IMG/VR virus record: IMGVR_UViG_3300009370_002257
Coordinates: 16,477-80,476 of that record
DNA: 64,000 nt
Reading direction: 5' to 3' (one strand)
Source of the DNA: a virus
Lineage: Duplodnaviria; Caudoviricetes
A program made the translations under genes and the position numbers. This document shows positions 46,148-55,045 of this stretch, one piece after another. Position 1 is the stretch's first letter; every line of letters begins with the position of its first letter. The notes below the pieces were generated by a model that was given only the letters and a program-made list of their open reading frames with translations, was not told the DNA's origin and did no database searches.

Positions 46148-46470
46148 TCCTTGGGGTATTCTTCTTTTACAGATATAATAAAATTTTTTAATTCCTCGAG
46201 CTTTTCAGTGCGCCCCATAGCTGCTTCGGTAAGCGCCTCAAATTGAGAGTGAAGGGGCCAAAGAGCCATGATTTTACGCCTCCTCTCGTTGATCGTGTTT
46301 TCATTTTCAATTTCGTCTTGAAATTCTTGGCTTTCCCAAATTTCTAACAACTCTTCGTAAGTAGGCTTTGGCGTTTCGTTATCTGCCCAATCAAGCCCTT
46401 CGTAAGAATTGCCAGACAAAGACCATTTCTTATCTGAATATTTTAATATTAATATATCTGATATGTTCAT
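46144..46470 (-). CDS. Tail fibre-associated / assembly protein
   Basis: WSLSGNSYEGLDW..ETPKPTYEEL, typical of small genes following tail fibres. Confidence 0.6.
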   Translation of the reverse strand: MNISDILILKYSDKKWSLSGNSYEGLDWADNETPKPTYEELLEIWESQEFQDEIENENTINERRRKIMALWPLHSQFEALTEAAMGRTEKLEELKNFIISVKEEYPKD

Positions 46471-47495
46471 ATCGGCACCTCTGGATTATGTTTCATTTCT
46501 CTTATCCAGACGACAGAAGTCGCCTTGTCTCCGAAAATATCCTCGGGCTGTTTCGTAATCGTCCCGTTGCATCTATTAATGTAAACTTTTTGCCCTCTAT
46601 AGTTATAAAAGGATGGCTTCGCAACACCGACCCGAATTTGATACTCCTGCCTTATGCCAGCGATTTCTGATCGAGCGATATGCCTTAGCCTTAGGGTGTG
46701 CATTTGATCTGGCCAACTCACAGACTGACTCCACATTTTCTCGGGAGAGGTTTTATTACCCCTGAATATGGCGCACGCTATATCTGTTAATTCGGTAGCA
46801 GTCACGCACAGGTCCACATCTATCAATAAATAAGTGTCAGACTTCAAAGGCTCGACCCAAATAGAGGCGATCTCAACCCCCTCGGTATTCGTCACGTTCC
46901 CCCTAGTGTCCATAGTCTCTGTGGTAACAAACTGGCCGCTAAATTCAGTCCAATTCATTTGGACGCTAAGAGCTAATTCGGAAACGAGCGCATGATTTAC
47001 TCCGGTTAGGAATGTCTCGAGATCTCTTTGAAAAATTCCACCAGCATTACCTCTAACTAAAAAACTATTAATGCCCGGCTCTGCGACGGGCGCAGAGAAC
47101 GACATGTTACCATCAACCACCACGTCGTCATATATATTGTATAAATCTTTTCTTATTTCATAACAGCATTTAGTATAAGAACTAACGTTGTTTGATATTT
47201 CCATTCTAAATCTAGGAAATTTTTCTATATCTGTTTTGGGCAAAGTTCCCGGGACAAGGCCGGTTATAATAAACCCGTCCTTGGCCATACTTGCCTCAAC
47301 GAAGCTACCCACGAAAGCCGGGTCCGGCACTTTTTGCCACTCCACAACTTGGGTTCTTTGATCGAACTGATCTATGAAATGTACCTCGTCCACGTCCCTT
47401 AGCCACGCACCTTGAATTTCAAATGGAGACCCCTCTACCCCCATTTGCGGGGCAAATCCTGAAATAGTCACCGTTTCTTGATATGTAAACGACAT
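46467..47495 (-). CDS. Tail fibre-like protein with an N-terminal IPT-like domain
   Basis: ITISGFAPQ...IQG N-terminus; C-terminal VEPLKSDTYLLIDVD...TSVVWIREM fibre-tip pattern. Confidence 0.55.
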   Translation of the reverse strand: MSFTYQETVTISGFAPQMGVEGSPFEIQGAWLRDVDEVHFIDQFDQRTQVVEWQKVPDPAFVGSFVEASMAKDGFIITGLVPGTLPKTDIEKFPRFRMEISNNVSSYTKCCYEIRKDLYNIYDDVVVDGNMSFSAPVAEPGINSFLVRGNAGGIFQRDLETFLTGVNHALVSELALSVQMNWTEFSGQFVTTETMDTRGNVTNTEGVEIASIWVEPLKSDTYLLIDVDLCVTATELTDIACAIFRGNKTSPEKMWSQSVSWPDQMHTLRLRHIARSEIAGIRQEYQIRVGVAKPSFYNYRGQKVYINRCNGTITKQPEDIFGDKATSVVWIREMKHNPEVPI

Positions 47496-47502
47496 ATTTT
47501 AA

Positions 47503-50076
47503 CTATACTTTCACTACGTAGTTAGGTGTTAACAAATAAAGTTCTCCAGAGTTTCCAGATGAAAGATTACACGGATAAAAATCTATGGAATGTTTCTGAT
47601 GATAAGAATTAAGTTCGGGATTATCAATAGTTACCCCATAAACCCCGCTTTCATCTTCGCTAAACGAAACGGCATCGACCCTATTTCTCGTATTGTTAAA
47701 TTCTGATTTAGGAATCGAACATACAGTTCCTACATTGCGGTCTTGGATTCTAATTCCGGTAATATTTAGCATATAATTCCCGCTCAAGCTTACTAAAGTA
47801 GACGAGTTCCCCTTGTTCGGATATAAAGAAAAACTGCCAGACGGAGCGACCTCTTTTACCACCGCAGACTCACTGGTAACAGAGTTTAAATATGGAGAAA
47901 TTTGTAGCTCGTCGAAATTGGCAGCGTTTCTCATAACGTCACGAACCTTTTCGTCCTCATAATTAGATAAAAATAAATTACCGGTTCCAACGAATTGCCT
48001 AGTTATTGTCCCCGTTAATATCGTACACCCCCCGGAGAAAAATAACTTAGAATCACCCATCAAAGAAAGGTCGAAAGGCGCAGACAAATTACGGGCCGAA
48101 GGTAGTGCTAAAAATGTTTCCTCTTGATTATAAGAAGACAAGTCGAATAAATCTGCCCGAGTAATTATAGCAGCCCTAGGGCGATCCACTCCATTATTGG
48201 AATAGTATAAATCAGAAGAGGTTCCAGTTATAAACAATAATGGGTACGCCTGCGAAGCATTTATACCAGTAACTCTATAAGTCGAGCCTATGGTTAAATT
48301 CTTCGGCTCATATCCCGATATAGTTGGTAACGGGGTGAAAGTCCCCTCAGATTTAGAAATTTCGCCATCACCAGATATATAAATTGAACCAGCTATTATT
48401 TCCCTCGGTACAGTTATTGTCGCGCCCGTATAACTTGACACGCTCGTTTGCAATGGCGGTACGTAAACTACTTCGTTACGATCATCCCCGGTTGGGTAAC
48501 CCCTGAAGAAAAATTTAGTATCGTTTTCTATTTTCGTGCCATTGATATTAACGCTTTCCCCGTAAATCGCTCGGGCTGGGGAAAAGTTATTTATCCTTGG
48601 GTTGCCTATCCTGAATCTTTCAGCAGAGGCGTCTTGCTCGAACACAATATCTGTATCAGACGTGTCAATTATATTGTTTACATTAACTACGGTAAAATAT
48701 TCATTATCTTTAACTAACTCCGGTAGCTTAAAATAAATACCAGTAGAACCATAATTCGTAAATTTCGAATAATTCGTATTTACCGAGGCGCTCAACGAGC
48801 CTTTCTTGGGGATATAAAGTTTCCCGCCGCCTTTCCCAGACAGATGGACATGCGTTACTGAATTTAAAGCCTTGCCAGATATTCTTATAAGGTCGTCTTT
48901 CGATCCGGTAATTGGATAGATTGAATTAACCTGTACGGAGGGCCTGTTTATGAGTATGTCTGTAGAACTTAAATCTATAACATTTTTTGAACCATGAGCC
49001 CCTTCAAAATCGAGCAGTAAAGATGTATGTGTATCATTATCAAAAAATTTAGTTATATTATTATTGCCGAAACAGCTGACACAATACCTAAAGGAGTCTT
49101 TCGACATTCTAACTCCGTCTACGAAACCATTAAAATCTTGATACCCTTCAGAAACTTGCGAAGGATTAGGTATTTTCTTAACCATATATGGCAACTCGGA
49201 AATCCAAGAACCCAAGGCACAATATTTAGAATGGTAATCATCAAAATATTCAAAGCTCGACTGAGAATTTTTATTATGGAAAGCTAAAAAGTAGCACCTA
49301 TTAAAACGCTTCGACTCTTTCGATGTAGAAAAATGGTTGAGCCTGTCTGAATTGGTAAGCCAGCCGATCCAATTATCAGAGGTGTCAGAGGTATCTATGT
49401 TAAAAGCTTGCAATAAAGACTGGAGCTCACTTTCTGTGAAGTTTTTAAAGTCTTCCCATGAAGCAATCTCCCAATTAGAACCCAATTCGTTTTTTATATT
49501 ATTGTTTGCGCTAGTCGAGTCGTCCTGTTCATATCCGTGTTTGTATTTTTTAGTAGTTAGCGCAAAAGTCTCCCCGTTAATTGTTATTGTTTTCGTAACG
49601 TTTTCAGGATCAACACTATGGCCAATCATAAGCTTGTCATTCGTTGCCGTCCCGACATTAATATCTCCACTGACCCCAGCGTAGTTATCCATGTCTAGCC
49701 ATAAATAATGATGATCGCTTTCTCTAGTGGCTGCGACGTGATACCATTGACCTGTGACTAGATCTGCCCTACCAGACACTATAGTCGAAAGCCCATATAC
49801 GTCCCAAAAAATACCACTAGAAGTACCGTCGTAATATAATCTATAATCATAATTATTATTATCTTCTTTACTAATTAAGATATTTTTCCCTGTCTTGATT
49901 TCGTTAAAGTTAAAAAATCCCTCTACGCAATAATCTGAGTCCGCTAAGTTAAAATCATTAGTAATTTCTATCTGCGCGAAATCACCGCTGCCATTCAAGC
50001 TTAGGCTTGATGATCCAAATTTTTTATCCCCAGTAGAGATGAATGCGTTACCGTAAAGATTTAAAATATTAGGCAT
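47503..50076 (-). CDS. Virion adhesin: LamG/concanavalin-like domain plus IPT/TIG repeats
   Basis: KKFGSSSL, WYHVAATR, FNGFVDGVRMS, DTHTSLLL; SIYPITGSKDDLIRISG and NFSPARAIYGESVNING. Confidence 0.7.
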   Translation of the reverse strand: MPNILNLYGNAFISTGDKKFGSSSLSLNGSGDFAQIEITNDFNLADSDYCVEGFFNFNEIKTGKNILISKEDNNNYDYRLYYDGTSSGIFWDVYGLSTIVSGRADLVTGQWYHVAATRESDHHYLWLDMDNYAGVSGDINVGTATNDKLMIGHSVDPENVTKTITINGETFALTTKKYKHGYEQDDSTSANNNIKNELGSNWEIASWEDFKNFTESELQSLLQAFNIDTSDTSDNWIGWLTNSDRLNHFSTSKESKRFNRCYFLAFHNKNSQSSFEYFDDYHSKYCALGSWISELPYMVKKIPNPSQVSEGYQDFNGFVDGVRMSKDSFRYCVSCFGNNNITKFFDNDTHTSLLLDFEGAHGSKNVIDLSSTDILINRPSVQVNSIYPITGSKDDLIRISGKALNSVTHVHLSGKGGGKLYIPKKGSLSASVNTNYSKFTNYGSTGIYFKLPELVKDNEYFTVVNVNNIIDTSDTDIVFEQDASAERFRIGNPRINNFSPARAIYGESVNINGTKIENDTKFFFRGYPTGDDRNEVVYVPPLQTSVSSYTGATITVPREIIAGSIYISGDGEISKSEGTFTPLPTISGYEPKNLTIGSTYRVTGINASQAYPLLFITGTSSDLYYSNNGVDRPRAAIITRADLFDLSSYNQEETFLALPSARNLSAPFDLSLMGDSKLFFSGGCTILTGTITRQFVGTGNLFLSNYEDEKVRDVMRNAANFDELQISPYLNSVTSESAVVKEVAPSGSFSLYPNKGNSSTLVSLSGNYMLNITGIRIQDRNVGTVCSIPKSEFNNTRNRVDAVSFSEDESGVYGVTIDNPELNSYHQKHSIDFYPCNLSSGNSGELYLLTPNYVVKV

Positions 50077-50984
50077 TATTCAGAACATCCTCCCGTCGCG
50101 CAAATTTTAATATCATGCAATCCACCTATATCTTCGGGGACAATAAAAGACACCTGATTATCGTTTGGGTTTGTAAAGCTAGGAATTTGTAGGCCATTCA
50201 GCGACACACCAGTTACATCTACAAAGTTATTCCCGGAAATGACAACAGAATCCCCCCAAGTAGCTGTACTCGGATCAACACTTAATATTTCCGGAGAGGA
50301 AACCACGGCAAAATAACCACCAGTAACTCTATTGACCGCATTTTCCACCTCAATTACGACATCCTTCTGAACGGACGTGAAGGATGGAATCTTAACCACT
50401 ACCCCCTCACTTGGGTTAACGAACCCGTTAGTTTCTAAGCCACCCACATAGACCCTTAAGTATTCGGGTTCTAGATTTTTATACCCACCAATTAAAACGT
50501 ATTCATCCGACACAACGTTCCCTATGAAGGGTCTAGTTATAAAATCTTCCGAAGTATAAGTACTTCCCGTGACGTAATGCTCGCCTACGCTATCCCCTGT
50601 TACGACCACGCTCTTAGCTTTAATAGAATTCGGTGCGTAATCTCTTATGAAATTTAACTGCCCGAAAACCTCCCCAGAGGGGTAGTCAACAGTCATTTGA
50701 AATTTTGCGCTGCCGCTTTCTAGGCCAGATATAGAATTCCCACTATCCACTATATAACTCAAGGACTCAAGGGAGTCGCTCTTTGCTACGCCAAACTTGG
50801 CGTGGTGCGCTGCCGAATTCTCACTCCAAGTATAATCAATTACGACATCGTGCCTAAATTTGTGATAACCGGAAGTAGATAGCCCCTGAGAGACAAGGTC
50901 TTTAATGGGCAGAATAGTTTTCCCGAAACGATTCTCAATCGAGCCGCCCAAACTAGAACTTATACCTGTGATATTTAAATTCAT
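50076..50984 (-). CDS. Virion protein with IPT/TIG domain
   Basis: ILSVDPSTATWGDSVVISGNNF; start at ATG 50984 (TAATG overlap). Confidence 0.65.
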   Translation of the reverse strand: MNLNITGISSSLGGSIENRFGKTILPIKDLVSQGLSTSGYHKFRHDVVIDYTWSENSAAHHAKFGVAKSDSLESLSYIVDSGNSISGLESGSAKFQMTVDYPSGEVFGQLNFIRDYAPNSIKAKSVVVTGDSVGEHYVTGSTYTSEDFITRPFIGNVVSDEYVLIGGYKNLEPEYLRVYVGGLETNGFVNPSEGVVVKIPSFTSVQKDVVIEVENAVNRVTGGYFAVVSSPEILSVDPSTATWGDSVVISGNNFVDVTGVSLNGLQIPSFTNPNDNQVSFIVPEDIGGLHDIKICATGGCSE

Positions 50985-52552
50985 TATATAGGCCCCGCTG
51001 ACCCAAAGCCTTTCCAATTCGCAGACTGCTTCATGCTTTTTACTACATTTTTCGTAACCCCGGGCGTTCCGTAAATACCAGTATTTATGGCCGCCCCCAA
51101 AGAATCATAACTTATAACATATTTATGACCGTCTATGACTTGGGTTGTGGAGTTTGCAGTTTGGCTAAAAGTATCGAGAGAAGTTCCGTAACTAATTTCA
51201 CGATTACCTATCGATGGTAAAATTTTAACCTTCTGATTACTTATCGAGCGAGACGCGCTGAGACCGAAAGCTGCTAATTGATTCATTTCTACAGCGATCC
51301 AATATTCCCCCGCGTCTAGAGCACCTTCTGTGGGCGTGGAAAATGCCTGAAAACTGTCTAACTCTGCTGTCTCAGGGTTGGCCGTAAAGGTCCCCATGGT
51401 AAAGGCTGGGGACACGGAACAATCAATCCCGACACGACCACAAGAATTCGGTGGCTCATCTCCCGTGCACGGACAATATATGTCGGTAGTAAAATTAAAC
51501 TCTCCCGGCTCCCCAAATACCTCATTCGTAAGTTTAGATTGAGGGGAAAAGTCTCCGTCAATAAACCACGAGAAGTTAGAACCCGGAGAAGCGTAAGAAG
51601 ACTCGGTTATCTCACCCAGCCCAGAAGCCCCATTGAGAAAGCTTCCTGTCGAGGAAGAGTTTAGAAGTCCCAGAGATAACCCTTTCCCATTTTTGTCAGT
51701 CCCTACATTTCTAGAGCCAAATATAATAGGCTGATTTCCATAATAGGAAGAATAAAACCCAGTAATCGTAGCGCTCGCATTAATTACTGGAGCCCCTAAA
51801 GCTAAAACGTCAAAGTCTGATTCAGATTTTATGTAATATTGTACCCCGGATTCCACGGAGTCATTCCTAGCGACACTAATCCCCCCGTCGACTAACAAGG
51901 CTGGAATTTCTCCGCTTAAATGGGTGTCGCTTATTTTTTCTACGTAGCCCGAGTATATGTTTTTACCATAACTTACAAGGTATTTACCAGATTGATTCCC
52001 GGTGTACATTAATTCATCGAAAAAATATTTTCCATAAATATTTATAGAGACACCCGGAATACCACTAGTTGGAGAGAATCCAGTAACTATAACTTGAGGG
52101 CTAAAACTATTCACCGCAGTATAACTCAAGCCAGACTGTCCGTGTACCGTTAAATCCCCTCGAGTATCACCCGAAGGCACCGTGGCGGTTATGAAGTAGT
52201 TGTTTTGGACGGAGTGAGAGGCCTCTAACCCATTAAAAGTAACTGCAGAGACCCCAGAAAAAGCCAAGCCCGTTATAGAAATCGTATCACCATAGATTCC
52301 GCTTGTCGGGTAATAGTCCTGAATTAAGGGCTCCGGAGCAAACTTCTTAGAGCTTATTCCTGTGGCGCTCCTATCGTCAGATATGATTTTTATATAATCC
52401 CAAGCGACGCCCTCGGGAACGCGAGCCTTAATCAGGTTGTCATTCGGGACGGAGAAGTTGCTTCCTGCGTTAGAAAATAAAACTCTAGATATTCGAGAGA
52501 AATTGCTTCCCGAAATATCTATTACGTCTCCGATTTTTCCAGTAAAATGCAT
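50984..52552 (-). CDS. Virion protein with tandem IPT/TIG repeats
   Basis: GKIGDVIDISGSNF, YPTSGIYGDTISITG, FSPTSGIPGVSINIYG; TGATG coupling. Confidence 0.7.
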   Translation of the reverse strand: MHFTGKIGDVIDISGSNFSRISRVLFSNAGSNFSVPNDNLIKARVPEGVAWDYIKIISDDRSATGISSKKFAPEPLIQDYYPTSGIYGDTISITGLAFSGVSAVTFNGLEASHSVQNNYFITATVPSGDTRGDLTVHGQSGLSYTAVNSFSPQVIVTGFSPTSGIPGVSINIYGKYFFDELMYTGNQSGKYLVSYGKNIYSGYVEKISDTHLSGEIPALLVDGGISVARNDSVESGVQYYIKSESDFDVLALGAPVINASATITGFYSSYYGNQPIIFGSRNVGTDKNGKGLSLGLLNSSSTGSFLNGASGLGEITESSYASPGSNFSWFIDGDFSPQSKLTNEVFGEPGEFNFTTDIYCPCTGDEPPNSCGRVGIDCSVSPAFTMGTFTANPETAELDSFQAFSTPTEGALDAGEYWIAVEMNQLAAFGLSASRSISNQKVKILPSIGNREISYGTSLDTFSQTANSTTQVIDGHKYVISYDSLGAAINTGIYGTPGVTKNVVKSMKQSANWKGFGSAGPI

Positions 52553-53571
52553 CAACCAACTCCTATGCTATTTGTTACCGTGAAATTTGAGGAGGAAACC
52601 CCCACTCCCCCAATACCTATTACTTTTATTGGGCCAGTAATTGCTTCTCTCGGTACGGATGTGGTTATCTGGGTTCTCGCGTCATTCACTTCGAAACTTT
52701 CGACCCTAGTATCGAAAAAGAAAACGTCTTTTACCCCATGAAAATTAGAACCGTTAATTGTTACCGACGCGTTAATATTACTCGAGGTGGGGGAGAAAGA
52801 ACTAATCATGGGGACGCCCCCTACCGCGTCTTGATTGATAGAAAAAGAAGAATATACATTTTGCCCCGCAGCGATAGAAGTGCTTAGGTTAGTTACTTTA
52901 CCGCTTATAAAAAATGATTCAATTGGGTTTGAATTATTATCTTTAAATGATATTTCCACAGCCGCGTCATTAGCTTCATCGACAGTTTTCCCACTTACGC
53001 TATAAGTTTCCATATCGAGGGACTGGGTTCTTGGCCCGTAAGTTGCATTCGTAGGAAGCGAAGACCCGTCACTATAACCGACAGTCACCGAGGAAGAGAA
53101 GCTGTATGCGGCAGATATCACCCTGTCCATTTCATTTATGCCTGTAGAGCTAATTGAAGCGTTAGAATAGTCTAGGACATTTGAGACGTCCGAATAATCT
53201 ACGGAAGGATTAAACTCCCCCTGCAAACTCCCATAAAATTCAATGGTGGCGGAAATTTCTACGGGTTTAAATTGCTCAAAAGAAAAAGAATAACTAGTCA
53301 AATACCCACTATTAAAATAAAGACCCCCCACGTTACCCTTTATGGGGGCGTCTTTAACGAAATAATCCTTTACGAAGTCTCTTCCGGATAAAAAATAATT
53401 GAGAGTTAATTCGCCCCTTAGCCCTTGGGATGCAAGATACGAATTAGTAGTACGTTCGTCTTCCTTATAAACGCCCGCTACCTCTGGTTGTACGTTTATT
53501 TTTGCGTCCGTAACGGATAAAAATTTATCGTCCAAACTTACGCCAACCCTACTTGCACTATAGTAAGCCAT
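52552..53571 (-). CDS. Tail tube/hub-like protein with C-terminal IPT domain
   Basis: Two beta-rich halves ending YLTSYSFS..ISATIEFY and ISGKVTNLSTS..YSSFSINQ; then SSFSPTSSNINASVTINGSNF. Confidence 0.5.
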   Translation of the reverse strand: MAYYSASRVGVSLDDKFLSVTDAKINVQPEVAGVYKEDERTTNSYLASQGLRGELTLNYFLSGRDFVKDYFVKDAPIKGNVGGLYFNSGYLTSYSFSFEQFKPVEISATIEFYGSLQGEFNPSVDYSDVSNVLDYSNASISSTGINEMDRVISAAYSFSSSVTVGYSDGSSLPTNATYGPRTQSLDMETYSVSGKTVDEANDAAVEISFKDNNSNPIESFFISGKVTNLSTSIAAGQNVYSSFSINQDAVGGVPMISSFSPTSSNINASVTINGSNFHGVKDVFFFDTRVESFEVNDARTQITTSVPREAITGPIKVIGIGGVGVSSSNFTVTNSIGVG

Positions 53572-53590
53572 TAACCTTTTACCTTAAGCC

Positions 53591-53604
53591 ATATTAGTTT
53601 ACAC
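53591..53604 (-). promoter_or_regulatory. GTGTAAACTAATAT motif upstream of the minus-strand tail operon
   Basis: GTGTAA core overlapping the GT2 stop codon; followed by TAAGGTAAAAGG before the ATG. Confidence 0.55.
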
Positions 53605-54408
53605 CTCTGGCGGCTCAAGCCCTGCATACTTTATTACCTTATCTCTTTCTTCTAAAAATTTATCCCAACGATCTTTTTTAATATCTACCCGAGTTTCCCT
53701 AGAGGTCGTCCCGAAGTTACTGTTGTATTGAGTTGTTACGACGTCGGAAGGGGTAAGCTTTACTCCTGCGGCGACTAATTCCCACCACATTAATAGATCT
53801 GCATGTGCTTGTAAATTTTCATTCCAAAATAAACCATCGTCAGGTATCAAGGAGGAATGAATTAACGTATTCCAAGGGCCGAAGGTGAGCTTATTTATGG
53901 ACTCTATAGAGCTCTTGACTTCTCTCTTATTTAATTTTTGGTTAAAATAAATCCAAGAGCCAACAGTTACATTGGAGTTATTGTCCTCAGCCGATTGGTA
54001 TAATCCATGAACCTTATCTCTTTCTACGAAATCGTCTGCGTCACAAAACAGTATCCCCGGATATCTATGGCAATATGTTTTACTTATTTTAGCTAACGCA
54101 TTTTTAGCCATGGAAACGTTGGGTTGTTTATCTAGCTTCTCTATCCTAAAAAGATCTGCTGAACATGAATCAGAAAAGCTCTCCATAACCTCTGCTGTTC
54201 CGTCTGTACTCCCATCGTCTCCGAATATTAGGCCCCAATCAAGCCCCCTCATAGAGCGCTCTATAGTTGCCATGGAAGACGGCAAGGTCTCTGCTTCATT
54301 ATTGGCGCAGAGAATGACCAGAAAACCGGCCTTATCCCAGAGCTCGTTATTTTCTCTATAAGAATTTAGCTTCTTGAATTTTTCGATTCGCTGCTCCGTC
54401 GTCTCCAT
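53599..54408 (-). CDS. GT2 glycosyltransferase within the tail module
   Basis: ILCANNEA, FGDDGSTDGT, AKN, FCDADD. Confidence 0.8.
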   Translation of the reverse strand: METTEQRIEKFKKLNSYRENNELWDKAGFLVILCANNEAETLPSSMATIERSMRGLDWGLIFGDDGSTDGTAEVMESFSDSCSADLFRIEKLDKQPNVSMAKNALAKISKTYCHRYPGILFCDADDFVERDKVHGLYQSAEDNNSNVTVGSWIYFNQKLNKREVKSSIESINKLTFGPWNTLIHSSLIPDDGLFWNENLQAHADLLMWWELVAAGVKLTPSDVVTTQYNSNFGTTSRETRVDIKKDRWDKFLEERDKVIKYAGLEPPEV

Positions 54409-54479
54409 AATTAAACCCTTTTGGTCAAATATAATAAAAGAAAATACTCACTTTTATAATCTTTTTTGTGCGGAAACCT

Positions 54480-54491
54480 GTGTAAATTCAA
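54480..54491 (+). promoter_or_regulatory. GTGTAAATTCAA motif upstream of the tail-tip operon
   Basis: GTGTAA core; followed by TAAGGAAAAAGG before the ATG. Confidence 0.55.
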
Positions 54492-54512
54492 GGGGGAATA
54501 AGGAAAAAGGAC

Positions 54513-55040
54513 ATGTCTAATTCAATTTATAACGTACCAACTCACAGCAACTCAGCCAGTCAAGCCTACGAGCTTAACGATATAGTCAAGCATGGTGATT
54601 ATTATTATTACTGTATTCAGGCTCACCCCGATGCAAGTGCTGCTGGTCGCCCCTCAGAAACCTCGATCTACTGGAACGGTACTACAAATTTCAACTCAGA
54701 GACCATACCATACTTTTTCTGGAGGCCCGCGTACAATTATAGTATCAAGCTAGAGCCAAGAAACAGGGTAATTACTTTCGGTGATGGGTACGAACAACGA
54801 GCCTCAGACGGAATACAGAACAATTTAATGAGCATAGATCTATCTTTCGACGTTCGAGGGGAGGCTGAAGCAACGGCGATACTCCACTTTTTTCATACCC
54901 GAAATGGCTCAGAGGCTTTTGTATTTTACCCCCCGAAACCATATAATGTACCGAAGAAGTTTAGGGCTCCGAATTGGGACATGGGCGTGTCTTTCCAAGA
55001 CAACTTTTCGATTAGGACGTCATTTATTGAAATCATATAA
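54513..55040 (+). CDS. Lambda gpM-like minor tail protein with an N-terminal CBM5/12-like module
   Basis: PRNRVITFGDGYEQRASDGIQN...AILHFF..RNGSEAF; N-terminal YELNDIVKHGDYYYYC. Confidence 0.8.
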   Translation: MSNSIYNVPTHSNSASQAYELNDIVKHGDYYYYCIQAHPDASAAGRPSETSIYWNGTTNFNSETIPYFFWRPAYNYSIKLEPRNRVITFGDGYEQRASDGIQNNLMSIDLSFDVRGEAEATAILHFFHTRNGSEAFVFYPPKPYNVPKKFRAPNWDMGVSFQDNFSIRTSFIEII

Positions 55041-55045
55041 AGAAG

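Noticed and set aside
47503-50076. Diversity-generating retroelement targeting the lectin-like insert
   Set aside because: No reverse transcriptase and no second near-identical template repeat in the window; it cannot be excluded elsewhere in the genome.
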